Positions 55,099 through 64,000 of a DNA stretch of 64,000 nt are shown here, one piece after another. Below the pieces are notes generated by a model. The model made no database searches. It saw nothing but the letters and a program-made list of their open reading frames with translations, and was not told the DNA's origin. The position numbers and the translations under genes were made by a program. How positions within the stretch are numbered: position 1 is the first letter of the stretch; every line of letters begins with the position of its first letter. The stretch is from Eledone cirrhosa. Taxonomy: Eukaryota. The stretch covers positions 87,978,001 through 88,042,000 of the forward strand of contig OZ024744.1 in the NCBI GenBank assembly GCA_964016885.1. The letters are read 5' to 3'.

Positions 55099-55984
55099 TT
55101 TATATATGATGCCTAAAAACATAAGGCAATTTATGAAAGAGAATCTTCTGTGCACATATCCGCACACTGTATTTTATCAAGTTTGTTTCAGACAATATTT
55201 GAAACAAGCAAACAAGTTACCACGCCTCCACTGGTCGATTGTTGCTTTTGTCAAACATTTTTTTTTTTTTTATCGTGCGCTCCTTTGGCCGATTTATGTC
55301 AAATTTCAGTTTTCTTTGTGCAAAAAGGCTTTATTGGCATCGGAAGCATCTCGACAGATAAACAAATTCCATTCAGATCAACTGCAACAAAACAATCTGT
55401 GGGAAACGGGCTTTGGATTTATTAGATTTATGTCTAAGACAAAGTATCAAATTCAGAAATGAGTTTGTATTAAGTAAAATGTTTTATGCAATTCAAAATG
55501 TCATTTAAGTTCAAACTACAACAAATAAAAAACGAAATTGATTGAGTATGCATTAGAATATATTTATTTAGTTTACATTTCTCGGTTGTGTATTAGATTC
55601 TTGCTTGCTTAAGTCTATGTACACATTATACAGAACAGTAAGTAATATATATCTCAAAACTGGAGTGTTCTTTAAAGAAAATACTTTGAAATCTGAAAGC
55701 AGCATTTTTACTAATGGATAGTACACTGGTTCTCCCCCTGATCCACTTTTGGCTCCATTGCATTTTTCAACCACACTCCGATGACTATTTCTGCTAGGAG
55801 GCTTGACTTAATGAGGTATTGGACGCTTGGGAAGGAAATAGGCACTGCAAGCATTTCTAAAAACTATTAGACGTTTTACTGTATGTCAATGATGGATTCA
55901 CAGTAAAATGTCTAGTGCGGCACCCCTACAACTCGGTTCACAAGTTATGGAAACTAGAGAATTCATTGAACACACACACACACT

Positions 55985-56620
55985 TAAATTGCTCAGGGGC
56001 TTGTTTGATCCAGACCTCCAGATGGAGAAAAACTAGGACTCGGTAACGGGTAGAGTGGCCACTCTTAATCTGAAATGGGCTGAGAGGAAACTATCTTTGA
56101 GAGGTTGGACACAGGAGATGAAAACGTACATAGCATCCGTCATCTAGTTCCGTCTGACCATTGTGCCTTGCCCTGGTCCTTGTTTGGTTATACTGGAGCG
56201 CCTACTCTTCCGTCTTTTTGTGGAAAAGACGGATTCCAATGATTTGATGGTTCATCTGCTGTCAACACACGTTGCGTGGAGGACTGGGCATACATTGCTG
56301 ATGATGCACAGACGCGCTGAGGTTACATCTCTAGCGTTTCCTTGACAGTGGACAGTTGTAGTCACCGTTCGCTAGACACGATTCTCCCCAGCTCTTCTTC
56401 TTAGTGGAAGTGCAATCCTGGATAAAGCGCGGACCGAGAGGGAACGCTGAGAGACTCTAATATCTTCACGCGGACAGCCTTCCGTTAATCGGGTTCTAAA
56501 ATCCGTGGAAACTCCACCGTGGCTTTCTATAGCGGATTAGTGGCGGGGAAAAGCGACGAGGTTTTCGGGGTGACCCTGGGTATCGAAGGCGAGCAACTAG
56601 CTACACTTTTCTCGGGAGAT
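55985..56620 (+). mobile_element. decayed Tx1-like ORF2 fragment
   Basis: Similar to 23620-23890 (PDLQ.EKN..WAERKLSL.G) and to 29150-29470. Confidence 0.7.
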
Positions 56621-56877
56621 TTGCAAAAAAAAAAAAAAATTGATGGGCAGTCTATAGAATATCTAAGTATTCTGTAAAATATATGATTTTCACAAAATGC
56701 CTGTAATACGAAAATAAATGTTTGCAACTGTGCAGCTCACAAGTTTAAATAGGCAGGTAAAGAAGATTACACTCTCATTCTCTATCTAGTAATATAATTG
56801 CTTCTACTTTTGGCACAAGGCTAGAAATTACCCCAGTACATTACTTGTGTTTTTCTTTTTATCGAACCCGTAAGGAT

Positions 56878-59800
56878 TAACAGAATTGGGAATACTCCCG
56901 TTCTGCTGCCAGTTGAGGTAGAGCGCTTCGAGGAGATTGGAGAACAAGTCTGGCATATTTACGTAAAGCTCGTAGGGCAGACTATCTAAACCGGGTCACA
57001 TGGGCCTCATACAGCCGACAAGGACATCGTGAATCTCAGCTGAAGTAATCAGCCTTTCGCAGCGCTCAGCGTCCGCCGTCGAGAGTTGCGGCAAGCCAAC
57101 GAGGTAGGGTCTAAAGTCCGCCACAGTCTCTGACCCGCCACTTACCCCGAACAACCGAGCAAAATGTTGGCGAAAGGCCTGATACATCCGCGTGCAATCG
57201 CTCAGCTTGTGTCCGCCTCAGTCCGTCAAAGACCGAATTGTGTTTTTATTACCACGCTGCTCCTCTGTCGCGCGGGCCTATCGAACAGCTATAGTTCCCT
57301 TGTTTCTCAGAGCACGCGCCTTAACTCTCACAGTGCATCCTTCGTGTTTCGCATTGAAGAAATGGTCTAATCCCATTCTCGCCGCTAGCACGTCAGCTGC
57401 AATACCACTACAAATAGCCTCGTCTAACTTATCTACCAGCACCCCCTACTTTCTATTTTTCTCTAACGCTACACCTTTGCTAAACCCTATCGACATTACT
57501 CTAATCTTTCTTCTGAGAGACCCCACCATCTATTGTTGACGTCTTCCTATGTTAACTTTTCCTTAATTGTTGACACGGTCCCTGTAAGCCTTACGTGCCG
57601 GAAACGACATGTTCAGTTTCTTGTAACCAGGCCCGAACCTACGTTTCTTTCTAGGTCGACCATACAGATAACAAACTTGTGTTCTGAATAGGAGACCGTA
57701 TGTAATTGTGGACACCCTATACTATCCTTATCCACTAATCTAATAGAAACCTATCTAAGTACGATATAGATATACCTAAACGATTTTTCCAGGTCCACAC
57801 TGGCGCATTAGGGAAATCTCAGAGAGTTGGAACTGGCTGATCAGGTACGTGGGGCTTTTCCACCTCCCGCTCCTATCGGATACTCCCACACAGTCTCCGC
57901 TAAAAGCAAAGGGCTAGACGTACCCAGAAAGGCTTCCAGGCGTCTAAAGAAGTCCGGCCGTCCTGCCCCGGTAGGGGCGTAGACGGCCACCAGTCTAAAG
58001 GCACCACCTTTGCTATAGTTCACGTCCAGGACCACCAACTTACCGTCCGGATCCCGGAAGATCGACCTTACCTAGAGATCGAGGCCTTTCCTAAACAGCA
58101 CTGCCACCCCACCTCGCATTCCTTAACAGATGCAAAGTTCTGATAGTTGTCGAAAATAGGGGCTAGTGCACACGTGTCGGAAATCCTGGTCTCGCTGACG
58201 GCAATTACATCCATTTCTAGAGACCTGAGGTCGTTGAGCAGGTGATCCTGTTTGCAGGACGATCCCAGGACTCGAACATTTAAACATCCTACCCTTACTA
58301 TGGCCATGTTGGCAGGCTAAAAGAGAGAGAAAAGGTTTACTTACCTCCCGGGCACTTGTGATGGTCGGGTGGTTCGACCTCCATAGTTAATGGGGTTTCT
58401 TTTGGGAAACCCTTTAAAAGCCTACTTGAGGCTTTTACACTGGGTGTTCCCACGTCGTTGGGGAAGCTCTCCCTAATTGTTTTATAATTGCTTAGTGCCA
58501 TTTGCACCAGCCTAAGTGTTTGTGGCACCTTGAAGGCGCAGGTGTTAAACGCCTCCCCCTCTTTCTCTATTTCCTTACTTCGTATTATGAGGTTCAGTAA
58601 TTTTGTGTTCCATTTCCTCACTAATACGAAGTTAGGTGTTGTGGTTGTAAGTTGTTGCTGTGTGTGTTTTCTTTTAGTTATTTGTGTTAGTGGTAGTGTT
58701 GTTGGTGGAGATGATGTTTGTGTTGACGGTTGTGTTGTTGCGGGGTGGGTGTTGAAGTATGTAAGTATGTGTTTGGTGCGAATGTCTTTTTTGTTTGCTG
58801 TTTGTGTTGGTGAGTGAGATTTCTTCTTGTGATTTTTTTGTCGTTTTTTTGTTTTTTGGGGTGGTTTTTTTTTTTGGTGTTCCTCCTCATCTTCGCTCAG
58901 TGAGGAAGAGGTTTCTGTGTTTGCGTCAGATGTAAGTGGCAGTACGTGTACTGGTGTGTGTGTTTGTGTGTTCGAGAGAGGGGTGCGGGAGAGCTTCTTT
59001 GGAGTGGCCCCTGAGTGGTCTTGGTGGTCTTTTCAGTTGTTGTTGGTTCTGCTGGTGTTGCTTCTGCAGATTTTGTTGTTGGTGTTATTTCGCGAGGAGG
59101 CCCCGGTGTCGGCAGCAGCAGAGACTTTTGACCCTTGCATTTTTCAACAGCTGAGAGCAGAAGGTTTGTAAGTGTGTTTTTTCGCCACACTTGAAACAGT
59201 GCGTTCTTTTACCCTCATCCATCACTTGTAGTGCCGTTTTGGAGGCGGATCTGCTCCGGAATTTTCTTCATTTCTTCAGGTTTGATCTGGAGATACTTCT
59301 TCAGATCAATCCCGGACCAATACTCTCTATCCTGGTTACCTCTATTGGGACGGCATCTGGCCCTCCACAATCACGCATCCCAAGAGCCACCACATATCTA
59401 GTCCAGGTGTAATCCTAGGAATGCGGACTCTAATCGTTCTTTTTCCCAAGTGGGAGGGGTACATAATAATCATGCTGTTTTGCCAGGGGTCGTCGAGTAC
59501 TTCAAAGCGAGGGCCTCCTATTTAAACAGCACCGAGATGGTGACGTATTGTCGACCCCTCGCTACGTACTCTGTATCTCCTCTGATGCACCTCAGCGCAG
59601 CCTCGACGTCTGCTTGGGGAGAGTTTGTGGCTGTTTTCGTCTCAGCTGAGATGCATCTGAAGACTAGAGTTCTCCTCTCCTCCGCTTCTATGGCCTCTGC
59701 CGGGACAGTTAAGTTGGCCCAGGTTTGCTCCTGTTTGATGAGCTTCCATGCCTGGGCCAACATTGTCTCTTTGTCTGTCAAGTGAATGTTGAAGCATGGC

Positions 59801-60425
59801 CTTTTCTGGGCTGTTACCACAGCGAAAGCGTTTTTGTTGTTGTCGTTGGTGGTGGTGTTGTTGGTGGTGGTGTTCCTGATGCTGTTGTTCTTGTTGGTGT
59901 TGTCGTTGTTGCAGTTGGCGTTGTTCTTGGTGCTGTTGTTGGTGTTGCTGCTGCTATGATTACTATTACCACTGGTGTTATTTTTACTGCTGCTGCTGCT
60001 GCTGCTACGTCCTTTGTTACCAAATTCATCAGCAGCAGCTGCCTCTCGACCGCCACTTAATGAAAAAGAAAATGAAACGGCCTTTGCCTGACTTACACTA
60101 CGCGGCAATGAAGAAGACGAAAAGGAAAGCGAGACTCCACGCTAATAGCTTGGTGAAGAACGACGTTTTGAGTGAAGACATGGTAGAGAAAGGGATTTTT
60201 TGAGTGACGCCACTTTCCTTATTTTTTTTGTGGGCGTATCTGCCAAATGCAAAGTTCAAATCGGAATTTAGCCCCGGAGGGCTAAATACCGATTAATTTC
60301 GATCACCTCAAGAGAAGCGGCGTGTGTTTAAACACTAAACAACATACATTTTACAATAAGTTCTCACTAAAAAACTGTTAAAAAATCACAAACTTACGGG
60401 AGCAAAGTTTCCTGCGACGTCTATA
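56878..60425 (-). mobile_element. Tx1/L1-like LINE, 5' two-thirds
   Basis: Asn/Ser-rich ORF1 start; HCFKCGEKTHLQTFC knuckle near 59157-59201; ORF2 from 58307 MAIVRVGCLNVR..AVSETRI..FRLVAVYAP. Confidence 0.9.
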
Positions 60426-60444
60426 CTTTCAAAATAATAATAAT

Positions 60445-60559
60445 AATTGTTTCTACTTTAGGCACAAGGCCAACAATTACCCAGTGCATTACTGGTACTT
60501 TATTTTATCGACCCCGTAAGGATGAAAGGCAAAGTCAACCTCGGCGGGATTTGAACTCT
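60445..60559 (-). mobile_element. SINE, 5'-truncated
   Basis: Core and tail; the (ATT)n tail abuts the LINE 5' end. Confidence 0.85.
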
Positions 60560-60724
60560 GTGAAGACTAAAATCCGAAGAAGGCTCGATAAGGATAATAT
60601 ATATAAAAATATATAAAAACCATAGAGCAAATAGAGTTTCAAAATATCCCGTTAAGGGTGAAAGCAGCGATTCTTTGCTTAAACTTTAATCTGTTATTTT
60701 CATATATATATATATCAAATTATA

Positions 60725-61819
60725 TATGGTGGTGTCATACCCAAAGACTGGTGCAGCAGTATTCTCATAAATTGCTACAAAGGTAAAAGGCATGCTCTAG
60801 TGAGGAGCAATTATAGAGGCTGATGGATCAGGTTTTGAAAATGGCAGAGAGAATTTTAGCGCAACTGATTAGAGAAAGGGTCAAATTAGATGATTAGAAA
60901 TTTGTAGTGAGGCAACTACGAGAGAATTTCTTAAAGAAGAATAAGCAACTATACTTAGCTTTTGTTGACCTAGAGAAGGCCTTTGTTAGAGTAGCCTGAT
61001 CTGTCATCTGGTGGTCCCTAAGGAAACTAGGTGTAGAAGAATGGCTTGTGAGGACAGTGCAAGTTATGTACAGGAGTGCTGTCAGTAAAGTGAGAGTAGG
61101 AATGGAGTTTAGTGAGGAATTCCAGATACAAGTAGGTGTACATCAGGGTTTGGTCCTCAGCCCGCTTTTGTTCATTATAGTCCTCCAAGCCATAACAGAG
61201 GAGTTTAAGACTGGATGCCCATGGGGACATCTCTATGCTGATGATCTGGTTCTTATAGCAGAATCAGTAGAGGAGCTAGAGAATAAATTCTTGCTATGGA
61301 AACAGCAGTTGGAATCAAGAGGCCTGAGAGTGAACATAGCTAAAACAAAAGTGTTGATAAGTAGAAAAGAGGACAATACTACGATTCCATCGGGGAAATG
61401 GCCATGTTCGATATGTAGGAAAGGAACTGGCATAAATTCCAGAAAATGTACGCAATGCAGATCTTGGGTACACAAGAGATGTAGTGGGATAGCAGGGAAA
61501 CAAACAGGCAGGGGAAACTACGTATGCAGTAGATGTACAGGGAAAGTTGGCAGTAGTAATCGCAGTGATAGACACATGTGATGCGCATGGATGATTGACC
61601 GCAGGGTAAAGAAGTGTCAAGAAATCCCAGTAGAAGGAAGACGCAGAAAAGGTAGACCATGTAAAACATGGGCGGAGGTGGTGAGTGCAGACCTCAGATC
61701 GCTGAAACTCACTGAGGAGATGACGAAGGACCGTGACAAGTGGAGAGACGATGTGCTGAATAGGACCCATCCAACCTTTGCAAGCAGGGAAAAGCGGACA
61801 TAAAATGATGATGATGATG
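60725..61819 (+). mobile_element. RTE-clade LINE 3' fragment (RT with Cys-rich insert)
   Basis: FVDLEKAF, GVHQGLVLSPLLF, LYADDLVL, WPCSICRKG..CTQCRSWVHKRCSG, GRRRKGRPCKTW; (GAT)n tail. Confidence 0.88.
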
Positions 61820-61860
61820 GAAAACGAAGAATCAGTGATGCACCGAAACACAATTTATTA

Positions 61861-61950
61861 ACGTATTACAATTTCACCGGCGAACAGCTCGAGGTGCGAT
61901 CTATTTGTGGATCGAACCTGACTCTGGATTCGCAAGTTCCTCAGATACGT
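61861..61950 (-). ncRNA. type I hammerhead ribozyme with about 60-nt stem II
   Basis: Stem I ACGTAT/ATACGT; CTGAGGA; long imperfect stem II (ACTTGCGAA/TTCGCCGGT, CAG/CTG, AGGT/ACCT, CGATC/GATCG); GAAA; TT-GTA triplet; AATAAA directly downstream. Confidence 0.75.
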
Positions 61951-62207
61951 CTAGCGACTTCGAAGCAAACCCTGTCTGATTCTTCATATTATTATACTCT
62001 GCTCCGAAGGAGCATAGAGTGCTCAACCGGCTTACCGCCTATGGAAGCATCCAAATAACCTTACCACAAATATATATAAATATATATCTTAATTTTAAAA
62101 GTTGCCTGACATTCCGCTAAGCGTGTACTCTACAGTACTTCAATTCATGTCTATTCTCTCTCTATCTACCTTTTATTCTCTCTATCTCTCTCTCCCTCTC
62201 TCTCTCA

Positions 62208-62241
<34 letters not shown>

Positions 62242-62388
62242 CTGTTATACTTTGGGAGGGTCATGTTGCCAATAAGAAACACACGCACCAATGCTTTCAC
62301 TTCAATTTATTATAAATTTATAAATTTAGGAATTTATAAATTTCCGGTTGGTTGTTTGGTTCCACAACCAGATGGTTGTTTATATATT

Positions 62389-62431
62389 GTCAAAGTTCTT
62401 TCGTCACACATTCTGTGACCTCTTCAGTGAC
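62389..62431 (-). ncRNA. minimal type I hammerhead ribozyme
   Basis: Exact reverse complement of 62859-62901. Confidence 0.85.
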
Positions 62432-62458
62432 TGGGGATTATTTTCTTTGTTTTTGTGC

Positions 62459-62671
62459 GACCTTCAAGATAGTAAAGAATCATCTGTACTTTACCAACAT
62501 GCTAAAATAGAACATAAGGGTAAATTAGAGAACATAGAAATAAAAATAGAATCTACACACAGAAAAGACGCAATGTTTAGACAAATCACAGAGGCAATAA
62601 ACATAAAAGAATTACAACCAAAATTAAATAGAAAACATGAGTGGAACAGCAACATCACAGCTTACAATTAA
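62459..62671 (+). pseudogene. GIY-YIG endonuclease C-terminal fragment (Penelope-type)
   Basis: SSVLYQHAKIEH..IKIE..FRQITEAINIKELQPKLNRKHEW contains the catalytic-Glu helix and P.LN motif. Confidence 0.8.
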
Positions 62672-62858
62672 GGACAAAATGAAAACACACACGCACATAG
62701 AACAAACAACCAACCTGTAACATATAAATAAACAAATAAATAAACGAATATAAACACACACAGACACACGGATGTGGCGCATGCGCAGACTGAGCACACA
62801 ACAAAATGGCGTAGGACAGAACAAAGGAGAGGCACAAAAACAAAGAAAAGAATCCCCA

Positions 62859-62901
62859 GTCACTGAAGAGGTCACAGAATGTGTGACGAAAGAACTTTGA
62901 C
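62859..62901 (+). ncRNA. minimal type I hammerhead ribozyme
   Basis: GTCA-CTGAAGA-g-GTCACA-gaatg-TGTGAC-GAAA-gaaCTT-TGAC: 4-bp stem I, 6-bp stem II, CUU triplet. Confidence 0.85.
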
Positions 62902-63102
62902 AATATATAAACAACCATCTGGTTGTGGAACCAACCAACCAACCAACCGGAAATTTATAAATTTATAATAATAAATCGAAGTGAAAGTTACTGGTGCGTG
63001 TGTTTCTTATTGGCAACATGACCCTCCCAAAGTATAACAATATCGGTTTCAACACACGTTTTCAGATAAAGAATCTTGCTAAACAAATTCAGAAACGAAA
63101 TA

Positions 63103-63245
<143 letters not shown>

Positions 63246-63577
63246 GTAGAATACACGCTTAGTGTAATATCAGGCAACATTTAAATTTGAGAGAGCGAGA
63301 GAGAAAGAAAATGAGAGAGAGAGGAACGAACGCTGGAGAGCGTGGAAGCATAGACAGACATACATAAACATAAACACATAGATATACGCACATATACGTA
63401 CGCAAACACACATATGCATACAAATGCATACACACATATTCACGAATACAGGTACGCAAAATGAATGTCGTTTGCTGAGCGTTTGTACAACATAGAGAGA
63501 CACTCAGTTCAGTTTGTCGACTAATAGAATGAACTCGAAAGATAATGAACACAACCACAAGGATATGGTGCGAATGT

Positions 63578-63833
63578 GGAAGAGCCGAACTGCTACTGTC
63601 ATCACCTCCATCTCTCTTGCCCTCCCCATCTCTCTGTATGGTGAGCAAATGGGGTCCCACTTGCTGTACTCCCCACAGCCCAGGCGGACAGAATGGAGAA
63701 GGCTTTTCCCTTGAGGATGGTAAGGGAGATGCGCTGGAAGAGCCATTCCAACTCGCGAGGATCACACCTGCTGCTGGCCACTCCGCGCCTATGCTGGTGA
63801 GCAGGGAGGTGGCCCTAGGGCCAAGGACACCAG
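63578..63833 (-). mobile_element. CRE-like 3' fragment
   Basis: Match to 45585-45840. Confidence 0.78.
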
Positions 63834-63929
63834 TACTTTTTACATATTCTTCGTTTTGTTTTTTATTTTAATTTTAGGTATGGAATAAACATACATGAAA
63901 ATGTTATTTTTTTTATAATTTATTATTTT

Positions 63930-64000
63930 ATGGCAGTATCGGTAGAGCGTCGGACACCATGCTTTGCAGCATAGAGTTACATCCCTTTATACGCTCTGAG
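63930..64000 (+). mobile_element. SINE head (runs off the window)
   Basis: TGGCAGTATCGGTAGAG..CATGCTTTGCAGCATAGAGTTAC. Confidence 0.85.

Larger units (their letters stand above)
62243..63100 (+). mobile_element. Penelope-like element, 5'-truncated, with inverted pLTR
   Basis: Antisense pLTR at 62243-62458; GIY-YIG C-terminal fragment; sense pLTR with HHR; tail ending in (TA)n. Confidence 0.85.

Noticed and set aside
61390-61545. PHD-like Cys/His cluster suggesting a captured chromatin gene
   Set aside because: It lies in frame within the RTE reverse transcriptase and is a recurring feature of such elements
63010-63100. Possible SECIS element (AUGA..AAA) in the PLE tail, since some PLEs encode selenoproteins
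   Set aside because: No paired helix with a matching GA quartet; the conservation is better explained as protein coding

Overview
AT-rich eukaryotic (animal) non-coding DNA, most likely from an octopus-like cephalopod. This is inferred from the very abundant tRNA-derived SINE and the (TA)n/(CA)n load, not from a database match. No intact host gene is recognisable; a short candidate first exon at 208-241 is weak. The window is almost entirely decayed mobile DNA: about 8 Tx1/L1-like LINE copies, RTE-clade LINEs, R4/Dong-like and CRE-like restriction-endonuclease LINE pieces, about 20 SINE copies, non-autonomous Helitrons, and many short fold-back elements sitting in (TA)n microsatellites. The main hidden signal is that most of these fold-back elements carry type I hammerhead ribozyme (HHR) motifs: about 16 motifs from at least 8 unrelated sequence families. 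One family is attached to a Penelope GIY-YIG C-terminus. Another is a non-coding 523-bp terminally redundant unit resembling a retrozyme. In three independent insertions the element boundary falls within 0-2 nt of the predicted ribozyme cleavage site. The dominant SINE also appears to share its 3' tail with the local Tx1-like LINE. All structures were folded and aligned by eye, and element boundaries are approximate.
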